NCBI GenBank assembly: GCA_964016885.1 | Contig: OZ024743.1 | Location: 192,634,001 to 192,698,000, forward strand | Reading direction: 5' to 3' | Source of the DNA: Eledone cirrhosa | Taxonomy: Eukaryota | DNA length: 64,000 nt | Shown: piece after piece, positions 40,868 to 53,351 of the stretch | Layout of the letters: each line of letters starts with the position of its first letter | How positions within the stretch are numbered: position 1 is the first letter of the stretch | Translations under genes and position numbers: made by a program | Notes under the pieces: model-generated | Seen by the model: only the letters and a program-made list of their open reading frames with translations | Databases searched by the model: none | Told to the model about the DNA's origin: nothing

Positions 40868-40924
<57 letters not shown>

Positions 40925-40929
<5 letters not shown>

Positions 40930-41180
40930 ATACAGGGCAAATAATAACAGAACACACACACTGCTTGGTTGGTTTTCGCTTCTGCACATTTATATCTCCA
41001 TAGTTAATTTATTTGGCAATCAATGTTTATCATTGACTGACTAACGGTTAAAAATACAGATATAAATATATATATATATATATAGTCTAACAAAGTTCTT
41101 TCGTTGCACATCTGCAACATCATCAGTGGTACTATTATCATGTTTCCTCCTATTGTGTTGTGTTTACGCCATTTTATTTT
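40925..41180 (-). mobile_element. Diverged copy of the 24865-26251 PLE 3' end, with HHR at 41091-41128
   Basis: Shares AATAACAGAACACAC...GGTTGGTTTTCGCTTCTG and CTGATGATGTTGCAGATGTGCAACGAAAGAACTT. Confidence 0.75.
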
Positions 41181-41247
41181 ATATATATATATACATAATT
41201 ATAAAATAACAGGAGGCTGAACTGGTGTAATTTCTTAAAGGTTTATT

Positions 41248-41305
41248 ATACTATGAACATTTCAATGACGGGGTTCAGTATGAATCTGGTGACATCATCA
41301 GGTAT
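41248..41305 (-). ncRNA. HHR-like motif with weak stem II
   Basis: atac-CTGATGA-(31 nt)-GAAA-tg-tt-ca-TA-gtat. Confidence 0.5.
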
Positions 41306-41674
41306 TCGAAATTTAACAAAGGAATATAATAGACACAATCCATGGGGCTGAAAAAGCAGAGAAGCGAGAAGGCGGCCAAACAATTAGCAGTTGCCAGTCC
41401 GGTTAGCCGCCTTCAATATATATATATATATATATATATATAGGGCTATTGCTCGAACTAGCATTAATTTAATTATTTTCTTCATTTCTACTATGGTGAC
41501 CAAGCCATTATTTCTGTTGCTTTTGATTGTAGCAATGTTCCTGCCCCGTATCGATATATAGTTATTCTTTCTTGTTTTATCTTTTCATCCCGAATAGCTA
41601 TCCATGAATAACTCTGTGTTTTCAATTGATGCACTGGTGGTGAATAGTCCAGTCTTATAAAGTATCCGAAATTA

Positions 41675-41791
41675 TAATTGTTTCTACTTTTGGCACAAGG
41701 CCAGCAATTATATCAGTGTATTACTGGTACTTTATTTTATCGACCCCGTAAGGATGAAAGGCAAAATTAACCTTACGGGGTCGACAAAATA
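41675..41791 (-). mobile_element. Partial family A SINE with small internal inversion
   Basis: 3' half in reverse complement, followed by CCTTACGGGGTCGACAAAATAAA in plus orientation. Confidence 0.75.
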
Positions 41792-41902
41792 AATTATAAT
41801 CATCCCCAGAAATACAGCTGATGCGCGGGGGGATTATCCATGTACTTGTCTCTTCCGCGTTTTCTGTTTCCTATATTTCACCCTCTTATACGCACGCGCG
41901 CG

Positions 41903-42016
<114 letters not shown>

Positions 42017-42354
42017 GTAATAGATTTGCGAAATCACACTGCCACAATATGTTTTGTATGCCCAGTGTAGTGCAACCACGTGCCACACACTATCTTATTC
42101 AATGTTAACTAAAATAAATTTCAGAACAGTGTATAGTCATACATATTTAGAAGTGGGGTGACAATAATTAAACAAATCAATTAGGGTAATCAAGAAAATT
42201 AATACAACATATATCAACTAATTAATAAAAAAATGAATTTAAAAAAATTATCAAAGATATATATATATATATATTAGGCACCTCTTAATCAAATATACAC
42301 ACCCCTCCCACTACCCCAACTACCCCACCCCACCCCATCAACACCATCCTTTCT

Positions 42355-42666
42355 CTGTAAAGTTATGTTGGTACCACAACATCCAGTCCTAAATAAATGA
42401 GGTCGTGTAGGTGTCACGACAAAAAAAAAAAAAAAAACACACAGTCCACGCTTTAATGTGGCCGTGTAGGTAACACGGTAAAAACCTCCCAGTCCACACT
42501 GTAAACGTGGTTGGTGTTAGGAAGGGCATCCAGCCGTAGAAAACCTGCCAGACAGTCCTATACGAGCAAGACAACCCATCTTGCCTCAAGTGGGACAATT
42601 CCCGTCTAAACCCATGCTAGCGTGGAAGATAGACGTTAAACGATGATGATGATGATGCTGATGATG
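42355..42666 (+). mobile_element. 3' UTR copy of the RTE LINE at 17651-18895
   Basis: GGTTGGTGTTAGGAAGGGCATCCAGC...GACGTTAAAC(GAT)n. Confidence 0.85.
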
Positions 42667-43437
42667 ATATATATATTACTCAAACTCTGCGATTGCTTGC
42701 TTGTCTGTAATGTAATGTAATACAGCCAAAAGGGTGCATAATGGGAAAATACTTTGAAAGGAAGTTGACTCTCAAATGGGAATACAAATGGAATAAAACA
42801 ACTTTCGCGTAAATCGGAGTACGTGTTCCCGAGATATGGAGTTTTTCCGGGTACCTTCATAAACAGAGAGAGAGTAGGTTGAAAGAGAGACATAGAGAGA
42901 GGGAGAGGAGACAGAGAAAGAGAATGGAAGAGAGAGAGAGCTAGTGGTGTTGTTGTGTGTATATAGATATGTGTGTGTGTGTGTGTGTGTGTGTGTCTAT
43001 GACCAGTGTATATAGATCACAGACACCCACATATATATATCTACACACACACATACATATATATGTATAGTCACACACACATTTATATATATACAAACAC
43101 ACAAGTATATATATATGAACCTTCCAGTTTCATTTCACATTATATACATGTCTGTGTATATTTTAATTATTTAAAAATTATTTTTAAGTGAACATTTTTT
43201 TTATATTTTGAAGTGAACGTGACCCAACGGGTCACAGGTGGTCTAGTATATATTAAAAGTGAAAGCGCGTGGCTTAATGGTTAAGGTGTTTGGTTCACGG
43301 TTGTAAGATTCGATTCAAGCGATGTCTTGCATCCTCGATAATACTTTACTTCACGTTGTTCCAGTTGAAGCTAATCATCAGATCGGACTAAGGAAACTAT
43401 GTTCATTTGAAAACACTATAATCGAACATTATATTTA

Positions 43438-43623
43438 GTGGATTGGCAAAATCGGTAGAACATCGGACAACTTGCTTTGCGACATAGAGTTATGGTCCTT
43501 TACGTTCTGAGTTCAAATTCCACCGAGGTTAACATTGCCTTTCATCCTTACGGGGCCGATAAAACAAAGTACCAGTAATGCACTGGGATAATTGCTGGCC
43601 TTGTGCCAAAAGTAGAAACTATT
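43438..43623 (+). mobile_element. tRNA-derived SINE family A
   Basis: A/B boxes plus body. Confidence 0.85.
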
Positions 43624-43753
43624 CTATTTACGATTCGAAGTAATCATATTTTTTTTCCTTTTTGCTGAGGTGAAGTAAAAATATATATTCAACCAGAATT
43701 GTTGGTATTTGTCGTGTTCGTCATTTCTTCCACAACAAATAAAACTTCGCTTC

Positions 43754-43809
<56 letters not shown>

Positions 43810-44322
43810 CGAGAGCGAGAGAGAGAGCGAGAGCGAGAGCGAGAGAGAGAGAGAGAGAGAGAGAAATAGAGAGACGGTATATTTGAATTGAAATATCTTC
43901 CATCTTTTAGTTATTATCGCTGTCACAATCGCCATATTGTGATTATTTTCATAATAATCTTTGTGGTGATTACAAGAGATCTTGCATAAAAATAGATGAT
44001 GCAGAAGGCAGAGGAATGTGGGGTGTGAATTTATTTATTTGTTGTAGACATCTGGGTCATGTTTCTGGGACAGCAGGTATGGTAAGAAAAAAGGCATGGG
44101 TGAATAGAATCTGTTTAGTTAACTTCTAAAGATAGTCCAATATGTGTTTGGTGTCTGTCTCTCAGTGTGTATGTATGCGCGCGCGCACATACACACATAC
44201 ATAGATAATACAAACATATACATATGTATATATACCCACATACATTCACACACACATATATACATATGCATATATACCCACATACATTCACACACACACA
44301 CATGCATATATATACCCACATA

Positions 44323-44405
<83 letters not shown>

Positions 44406-44550
44406 AAGAGGGTGTGGTAAGATACCAGGTGGACCATAACGCACAATTGAGAATATTCAATACTTAGGGTTGTAGAATAGATAATAGGAAACGTTTCAGG
44501 ACTTCGACCGAAGCTCAGCTGTCGGGGACCTGACTCTTTTCCTATATATA

Positions 44551-44943
44551 CGAGGGTAATCCCAAAAGTAAGGTCTCCAAAGCGATAGGGACGCAGAGAA
44601 ACAGTTCGTACGGCTGTTGGCAACACTGTTGTGATTGGTGCTTCCTTCACTCCCAAACAAGCATGCGCACGCTTCTCTGGGATGCTCAATCTTGGCTTGG
44701 CAGCCGTTGAGAATGGAGCTCCCGTTGAACGCTACCGCCAAGTGCGAATTGCGCGCAGTTATTATATACGAGGGCAATCCAAAAAGTAAGGTCTCCTTCC
44801 GATGAAAAAATGCGTAAAGATCGGCGGATCACTCTGGATGGTCTCTGCATTTTTGTTCCTGAGGTTTCCCGAAGCACCATCCACAGGATTTTAACGGAAA
44901 AGTTGCAATATCGGAAGGAGACCTTACTTTTGGGATTGCCCTC

Positions 44944-44944
<1 letters not shown>
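44551..44944 (+). mobile_element. Internally deleted mariner element(s) with two left TIRs
   Basis: CGAGGG(T/C)AATCC(C/A)AAAAGTAAGGTCTCC at 44551 and 44769; right TIR ends at 44944; transposase fragments AKCELRAVI and DRRITL...VSRSTIHRILTEKLQYRK. Confidence 0.85.
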
Positions 44945-44995
<51 letters not shown>

Positions 44996-45104
44996 TAGGG
45001 GTGTGGTAAAAAAAAAAAAGCCCAGGTGGACCGATACTTGGGGTAGTAGAGTGGGTATCTAGCTGTCGAAACGGCCGGAGCTAAGCCGTCGGGGTTCTGA
45101 ATAT

Positions 45105-45146
<42 letters not shown>

Positions 45147-45150
<4 letters not shown>

Positions 45151-46040
45151 TAATAAAATAATGAATAAACAAAGAAACAGTTCCTTATATTAAAAAAATT
45201 CATCATTTTACGATCGTTTCTAGGATATATATGTGTTAGAGTTGGTATGCATATTCTATAGATCTATGTACAATATTTATACAAACTATCAGAGGGAATA
45301 TACATACCTACACATATATATGCTGTCTTCAGAAATAATGATATTTGTTTATTGAAAAAAACAAAGATTCAATACAATAGGTCTGTTTGGGAACAGGTTT
45401 TGAATTGACCAATAGAGAGATAGTGAGGGTCAAGATAGTAATATAGTAGTAGAAGAACCTTAAATTATGGGTAGAGGAAGGTAGATTTCAGTTTTGGATG
45501 GAAAAGAATATTATGAATGAAGGATTATTTTAGGGAAGAAATAGGTCTTATGTTGACCTCAGAAATAATTTTATTTGTTCATTGAATAAAACCAACAAAG
45601 ATCTAATATATTCTGTCTGTTTGGTAAGAGGTTTAGAATTAACCAATAGAAAGTTAATAATTGGCCAAATGGTAAAACAGTAGTAATTGAAGCTTATTTT
45701 AGGGGTGAAAATAGGTCAGGTGGTCAGTAAAAGGTATACAAGCAGTTGCTGTTATAAAATAGTAATGCCAATACAAATATCTAAGGTGACTAAAGTTTTA
45801 CGATAAGAATGTTAGTGAAAAAAATACATCTATGAAAAGAATATAAATTAATTTAATTGATGGGTATATTTATATTGATAAAATTATACTAATACATATA
45901 GATATGATAAATAAGAGTTAGATGCAGTTGAAAAGTGCTGTTAAAGATGAGGGGAAATAAAAGAATATAAAAATAATATATATATATACTTATATATATA
46001 TATATATACATATATATACACATACACACACACACATATA

Positions 46041-46102
<62 letters not shown>

Positions 46103-48990
46103 CATGCATATATACATACATACATATATATATATACACACATACACACTTACATATACATATAATTATTGGGGGGGGGGTTAAATTTATTAGTGAGAAA
46201 TAATAAATATATATAGTTTTCAAGGAACATAGAGTCATAACCTGAAGTTAAAGCATTATATATGTTTACTTAATGGTATCAGTTTTAGGAAATGATAGTT
46301 GTAAGAAGGAAAGCAAAATTATGTAGTTCATCAGTAGTAGAATATTAATTATAGGTTAACTAAATTAAAAATAGTTTATATATTAATTTCTAAAGTGTAT
46401 ATTAATTAGGTTTATAATATTTAAAGCAGAATTATGTCGTTCATCAGTAGTAGAATATTAATTATAGGTTAACTAAATTAAAAATAGTTTATATATTAAT
46501 TTCTAAAGTGTATATTAATTAGGTTTATAATATTTAAAGGTTTTTCTCAGTTTATGATTACACGATATTATTAATTCCTGTCGCTTATTTAATAGGATAT
46601 CCTTAGATTTCATTATTTCAAAAAGTTCTTGGGAACATAATCTACATTCATATCTACTATTTTGATAAGGGGTGGCCCTTTTGAGCACACTCCAGGTCAG
46701 GTCATAATCTATATTCCTCTTTCTATAACTATTAATTATTTCAGCTAGAGATGTTGTATTAGCTAGTGCGGCATTTTTAAAACTATGTTTGTGGGTATTA
46801 AATCTTACCTTAAATTTGTTAGAGGTAGCTCCTATATATGAACAAATTGAGTCCTTAGTGTTAACTTTACATTTATATACTATGTTATTAACAAGGCAAT
46901 TTTCTTTTAATGGACAGTTTGCCTTGTTTCTACAGTTACAACTTTTCGTGGATCCTGTATCTGAGGAGATATTATGGTTAGTTTGATGTACTGGTGGTAT
47001 ACTCATGGTTTTTTTACATTTATATGCATTATAGGCACTTATATTTTGTTTTATGATTTTGGTTGTTGAGTAGGAGAATTTAACCGTTGATCTATTTAAG
47101 ATTTGATGGTATTTGTGGTTTGGCGGGAAGTTTTTCTCTAGGATATTAAATAATTTTTTAGGTACATTATCCTTAATTTGTAAATTAAATGGAGCATTAT
47201 ACCAAGTAACTCGTCTATTACGGTTTCGATGTTGTTTATTATTTTTATAGGATGCATCCTGATGTTTATTAAGAGAATTATTGTTAATGACCTCACCACA
47301 CACATTTTTAGTTAGATTTATTGATTTAGGTGTTTAGCTTGTTTATTAGGAGTTTTATTATTAACATTTATTAGAGTTGTAGGATGAGTAGTTTTTTGAG
47401 AGTTACTATACTGTATATTAGAAGAGTTAGAGAAATTTGGTTTTATGTTGGTGTTTTGGGGTATAGTGTGAGTGGCATTTAGGTGTGTATGTTTCATTTG
47501 GTGTTTGTTGGTAATATTAGGTTGTATGTTTGTAGTGTTATTGGTAGAAGGTATATATACTAATCTATTTTGTGGCTAGAGCTTCGTTATAAAAGGTCGC
47601 ATTTTTATCAAATACATCTTGGTTAGACGAAAGGTTAGAAATTCTAAGTGATATATTATATGCAAGGTTTTTAAGGATAGATTTAGGGTGATTAGATTGT
47701 GAGTGTATGTAGTGTAAATTTTGGTTGGGTTTATGGTAAGGTTGGTAGATACCCGTAGATAAGTCTAATGTTATATCTAGGAAATTAACTACTTTACTTG
47801 TGTTTTCAAATGTAATATCTAGACTATAATAGTCTTTAAGAACAGTTCTAATAAGCTTTTTATTTTTTTCTATCTCTGAGAGGCTAAGGTTATTGGAAAG
47901 AAGAAGACAGTCGTCACGATATAAACCACCTTTAAGGTGGGGAAAGGAAGCATTTATGTTAAAAAGAAGAAAGAGGCCCACAAGATCAGTAATTTGGGCA
48001 GAATCGCTTGAGCCCATAGTAATATCGAATAGATTACTATATGTGTTTCTGGTCCAGTATTCATTCGGAAATTCCAATAGTGTTAGTCTAGCATGTGTAA
48101 TAATATTAATGTCATCCAAAGTTAAGTTAGATCTATTTTTAGCAAATATCAAGGCTTTATTCAGGAGTATAGGCGATATAGAAGAATAATAATTATCTAT
48201 ATCAAATTGTAGAAATGAAGCAGAGGATTTATTTCTAATATTATTAAACCAGTTAATTACCTGGGATGTGTTTTCCCAGAGTGGTAAATTAACATGTTTT
48301 CTTAGTTGTGGGATGACTCTATCTAAAAAGTTTTTACTAATTATTCCAATATCAGATTTGGAAGGGCATATAAGCCTTATAGAAGGATTAGAGTTAAAGT
48401 TAGATTTATGATCTTTCAGGTTGAAGTGTGGTCTTTTCAATGCCAAAGGTTCAGTTCTATCTTAAATATTAAGTCTATTCACTATGCTGTGTGTTTTGTT
48501 GTTGATGTTGGTAAGTGACGCATTGTTTGTTTTTCTATAATTTTTCCTGAGTTCTTTATATATGAACTCATTGTAATTTTCAATATCCCTGTGATATAGA
48601 TTTTCAGTTTTGTCCGAGTGGACGTGGATTTTTAAAGATTTTTTTAGGTTCAATAGGGTAGAATCAAGGTCCTTTTGAAAATTAGATTTATACCTCTTAA
48701 ATTTGAGGTGTTTGATTAAATTAAAAAGGTCTTTCTCAAAGTTTTCAAGTAAGGAGTTGTGTGGTGGATTTTTATATGTAGTGAAATCATACAAATATTT
48801 CCTATCAGTACATTTTGTTTTTTTATCGAAGTGGTAGGCCCTCCATCTGACTCTTCTGATAAATTGGTTGGTTTTTTTGTATCATAAGAAGTAAGAAATC
48901 ATCCTTAGAAGGTAATGGTATATTCTTTAAAGAAGTTCCCAAGTATTGTTTTTCCATTGTGATATGGATAATGGATAAGAAAAAGAGCTC
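45147..48990 (-). mobile_element. Near full-length decayed Naiad-type Penelope-like element
   Basis: Disrupted ORF 48957-46515: SLKNIPLP, RRVRWRA, SDKT, RLICPSKSDIG, QFDIDNYYSSI, ITMGSSDSAQ, GGLYRDD, NFLDITL, WYNAPF, SCNCR..CPL, YIGATSNKFKVR, CRLC. 3' UTR ends with an HHR next to (TA)n. Confidence 0.93.
45201..45340 (-). ncRNA. Type I HHR with ~105-nt stem II
   Basis: cattattt-CTGAAGA-[long hairpin]-GAAA-cgatcg-TA-aaatgatg. Confidence 0.75.
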
Positions 48991-49238
48991 AACTATTTGT
49001 ATATGGAGTTATAAAGTTATACACATATATGTATATATATATAAATATATATACACATACAATATAAAAATAAGAATATCCCCATGAAAATAGGAGCAAA
49101 GTATGTAGATAAATCTACCAAAAGTTTACGGTAGTGTCCAATCCGTATGAAGAACTCAATGTAATCCGGATATCATGAAAAGAGAAAATGCATTCAAAAA
49201 CTACTTTCGGTGAAAAATAAACGGAAAACAGAGTCAAG

Positions 49239-49342
<104 letters not shown>

Positions 49343-49343
49343 T

Positions 49344-49554
49344 GGCGCATGGCTTAGTGGTTGGAGAGTTAGATTCCGAATCGTGTGGTTGTGAGTTCAA
49401 TTCCCGGGGGGCCGGAGGATGCGTTACGTCACTGAGCAGTCAACTTAATCGGCCTTTGTATCGGTGGCGCGGAGGAAGACGACTGGTATGCATGGAGGGG
49501 TTCTTTCAAGATGCAAATCCCATGGTCATTCGTGACAAAAGAGGGTCTTTACCC

Positions 49555-49555
<1 letters not shown>
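49344..49555 (+). mobile_element. tRNA-derived SINE (family B-like head)
   Basis: TGGCTTAGTGG A-box and GAGTTCAATTCC B-box. Confidence 0.6.
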
Positions 49556-49639
<84 letters not shown>

Positions 49640-50174
49640 ATACAAGTAGAGGTAAACAGCGATAACTTTGATAACTTTGATAGGTTTCGGCCAGTATTGG
49701 CCCAGGCCATGTCTAATTTAATAGCGCCACCTGGCGATGCCATTTCATGAAAGTAAGAATATATTTGACGAATAAAATAGAATGCCTGTGTATTGTCTCC
49801 TGAAATTGTATTTATTATAAGTGACCAAAGGAGTTTATTGAATAAGGGTTTTGCAATGAAATGTTTATATGAATAAATATTTAATTTAGTTTGCTCTAGC
49901 CATATATCAGTAAATCAGTTGGTATATATTGAATAAGGGATAACTGGTCTATGTTTCTGGTAGAGAGGAATGTAAGGGTGTAGACAAGCAATGGGAGAGA
50001 AAGGGAGAAACATTATTGAAGGCGGAGTGAGGAAGAATAGAACTGAGGGAGAGAGGGGGTGGGGAGAAAGGATGGAAGAAAGAAAGAAAAGAAAGCAATC
50101 TTTATCAACCTATCTTTCTTATTCTTTCAGTATGTTATATACATGTATTCATGTCTAATTTACGTGTCATGTAT

Positions 50175-50232
<58 letters not shown>

Positions 50233-50250
50233 TTACATCTATGTGAAACT

Positions 50251-50332
<82 letters not shown>

Positions 50333-50427
50333 TTAAGGATACTATTTATGGTTATGTATATACTAAAACTTGTTATAGTTATATATATTTTAAACCCTAA
50401 ACAGTGAAAGACAATCATTGTAAAATT

Positions 50428-50472
50428 GCTCCGAAGACTCCAAACCTCGGTTTGGACGAAACAATTGTAAGC
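50428..50472 (+). ncRNA. Type I HHR with U4C core
   Basis: gct-CCGAAGA-c-tccaaac-ctcg-gtttgga-c-GAAA-caattg-TA-agc, then AATAAA; isolated PLE 3' remnant in (TA)n. Confidence 0.75.
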
Positions 50473-50533
50473 TAATAAATGGTTTGAACAGAACTTTGAT
50501 TCATGTGATTTATATATATATATATATATATAT

Positions 50534-51147
50534 GGTGGCTGCCAACTCGTTTTCGAGTACGGCCACTACTTTACATCCATGTAGGATAACCCCTACCGAA
50601 GCGCTGAACGAGTGTGACTTTTTAGTCCAGCCAGCGACTTGAAACCTCTGGTACAAACACTACACCTGTGACAATCATTGACACATAGTGCTAGGCCCAT
50701 GGTAGGACAATTATTGACACATAGTGCTGGGCCCATGTGAGGACAAGTGCAGAGAGATCTCCAGATATAAAGCAATGCCTGTGCCGTGAAGCTTTTATAG
50801 TGAGCAAAGGCACTGCACAAAGCCAGTCCCACTCTCTTAACCAAGATGCTATTTACCAAAAAGAAGAACAAGTCAACATCATTGGATACCATCAGGGTTG
50901 CAGGTGTTATATCAGAATTTTCCTTCTCCTAGAATTCTGCCTTGACTAAGGCTAAAGGGGTCATCTCTCCCGGTGATTTTGGATGGCCATTGACTCTTAA
51001 GAGCTCCTTTGCCCTTTGACAGGTTTTGTTTTTAGTCCTGCAGGATGTCCAAAGTCACCCTCCTCACCAAGAAACCTTGGTGGGGTTGCCAGTTTAGTCG
51101 CCAACGACCCGACCATGAGACAGGTTGTACTGGGATACATGTTACCA
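50534..51147 (-). mobile_element. Non-autonomous RTE-derived element in (TA)n
   Basis: C-terminal C2H2-like CSVCTRGFKSLAGLKSH; RTE-like 5' motif GCGACTAAACTGGCAACCCC; partial copy at 56215-56481. Confidence 0.65.
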
Positions 51148-51148
51148 G

Positions 51149-51186
<38 letters not shown>

Positions 51187-51194
51187 TACATATA

Positions 51195-51293
51195 CAGGAT
51201 ATCCCAAAAAATGTATACACACTTTGATTACCTGTACAGGCAATATTTATTAAAATGCTGTTGGAGTGTGTATACATTTTTTAGGACAGCCTG
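51195..51293. mobile_element. Tc1/mariner MITE (~99 bp)
   Basis: TA|CAGGATATCCCAAAAAATGTATACACACT ... AGTGTGTATACATTTTTTAGGACAGCCTG|TA. Confidence 0.8.
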
Positions 51294-51780
51294 TATATAT
51301 ATATACACACACATACATACATACATACATACATACATACATACATACATACATACATACATACATACATACATACATACATTACATAAAAAGTTTCAAC
51401 AAAAAAAACACCATCTGTTAAACTCCTCAGCTCTAGGGAACTGTTCTACCAGAAGAGTGCATGCCTATATATACATGTAGATGTGAGTGGTGGATTGGCA
51501 GGTTCGGTAGGGGGACGGGGCCCACATGCATTGCATCACTTAATTATATCTGTTTAGATTCCGAGTAAGACCAAACACCAATATTCTTGGCTTTGTTCTT
51601 TCGTCCACTTTTCTTTTTCTTTTTGTGGGTCGGTCGATACAATAAGTATCAATCAAGTAGTAAGATCGATATCCAGACCCGTCAACTCTCCCCGTCGGAC
51701 GGGGAGATCTCCCACTCACTTTGGGGAGGGTAAGAGAAGTCTTCTCTTGTGAAAATGGGTATAGCTTTCATTATATAAAT

Positions 51781-51968
51781 GGCGGTGGATTGGCAGTATC
51801 GGTGGAGGGTCGGATGCCATGCTTTCCAGCATAGTTACGTCTCTTTACGATCTGAGTTCAAATCCCGCCGAGGTTGACTTTGCCTTTCATCCTTACGGGG
51901 TTAATAAAATAAAGTACCAGTAATGCACTGGGTAATTGCTGGCCTTGTGCCTAAAGTAGAAACAATTA
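51781..51968 (+). mobile_element. tRNA-derived SINE family A, full length
   Basis: Near consensus. Confidence 0.9.
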
Positions 51969-52212
51969 TATAAAATCTCCCTATTTGCCTCATTTTTCCT
52001 CGTTTGGGGCACTTTTTTTCATGGTACTCTCCGTTTGGGTTTTTAGACGTTGGCAGGTCTGATATCATCAACTGTTCTCATTCTTTATACTGAATGTGTG
52101 GCCTTGTGCCATGATAGAAATATAAAATAAGTACTAGTTAAGTGCAGGATTCGATTTAATCAACTCTCTCTCGCCCCCACTATTTGCCGGTCTTGTGCTT
52201 AAATTAGAAACC

Positions 52213-53295
52213 ATTATTAATTTCTATAAACAGTAGTTCCGGTAGTTACTACCAATGAGTAACCTGAGGTGTATATGATATATAAATCTGATTGGCTAAA
52301 ATTATTTTATAAATTCAATCTTTAAAGGGTTGCCACTGTATTGGCAGTATCGGTAGAGGGTCGGATATCATGCTTTGCAGCAGAGTTACGGCCCTTTACA
52401 TTCTTAGTTCAAATCCCACCGAGGCCAGCTTTACCTTTCATCCTTACGTTGTCGATAAAATAAAGCACCAGTAATGCACTGGGATAATTGTACCAAAAGG
52501 AGAAACAATTATTAATTTCTATAAACAGAGTTCCGTTAGTAAATGCCGCTGAGTAAACCGAGGTGTATAAGATATATGGATCTGATTGGCTAAAATTATT
52601 TTACAAATTCAATCTTTAAAGGTTGCCACTGGATTGGCAATATCGGTAGAGGGTCGGACATCATGCTTTGCAGCATAGATTTACGGCCTTTTACGTTCAT
52701 CCTTCATCCTTAAGGGGTTGATAAAATAAAGCACCAGTAATGCACTGAGGTAATTGCTGGTCCTGTGCCAAAAGTAGAAACAATTATTAATTTCTATAAA
52801 CAGAGTTCCGGTAGTTAATACCACTGAATAAACCGAAGTGTATAAGATATATAGATCTGATTGACTAAGATTATTTTACAACGGTGGATTGGCAGTATCA
52901 GTAGAGGCTCGGACGCCATGCTTTCCAGCATAGTTACGTCCCTTTACGATCTGAGTTCAAATCCCGCCGAGGTTGACTTTGCCTTTCATCCTTACGGGGT
53001 CGATAAAATAAAGTACCAGTATTGCATTGGGTAATTGCTGGCCTTGTGCCAAAAGTAAAAACAATTATTTTACAATGGATTGGCAGTATTGGTAGAGAGT
53101 CGGACGCCATGCTTTGACGCATAGAGTTACGGCCCTTGCTATTCTGAGTTCAAATCCCGCCGGGGTTAACTTTGCCTTTCATCCTTACGGGGTCGATAAA
53201 ATAAAGTACCAGTAATACACTGGTTAATTTGCTGGCCTTGTGCCTAAAGTAGAAACAATTATTTTACAAATTCAATCTTTAAAGAGTTACCACTT
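52213..53295 (+). repeat. Tandem array of family A SINEs alternating with a repeated ~100-125-bp spacer
   Basis: SINEs at about 52340, 52630, 52883 and 53077; spacer ATTATTAATTTCTATAAACAG...CTGATTG(G/A)CTAA occurs three times. Confidence 0.85.
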
Positions 53296-53318
53296 TTTTT
53301 TTTTGTTAATTTCTAAAA

Positions 53319-53351
<33 letters not shown>

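Noticed and set aside
43340-43385. HHR on minus strand (CTGATGA)
   Set aside because: Chance motif at a SINE boundary; helices cannot be formed.
44483-44546. HHR-like hairpin ending GAAACGTT on minus strand
   Set aside because: Stems are present but the CUGANGA box is missing.
46325-46450. Two CTGATGA motifs on minus strand in the PLE 3' UTR duplication
   Set aside because: No stem II or GAAA partner at a suitable distance.
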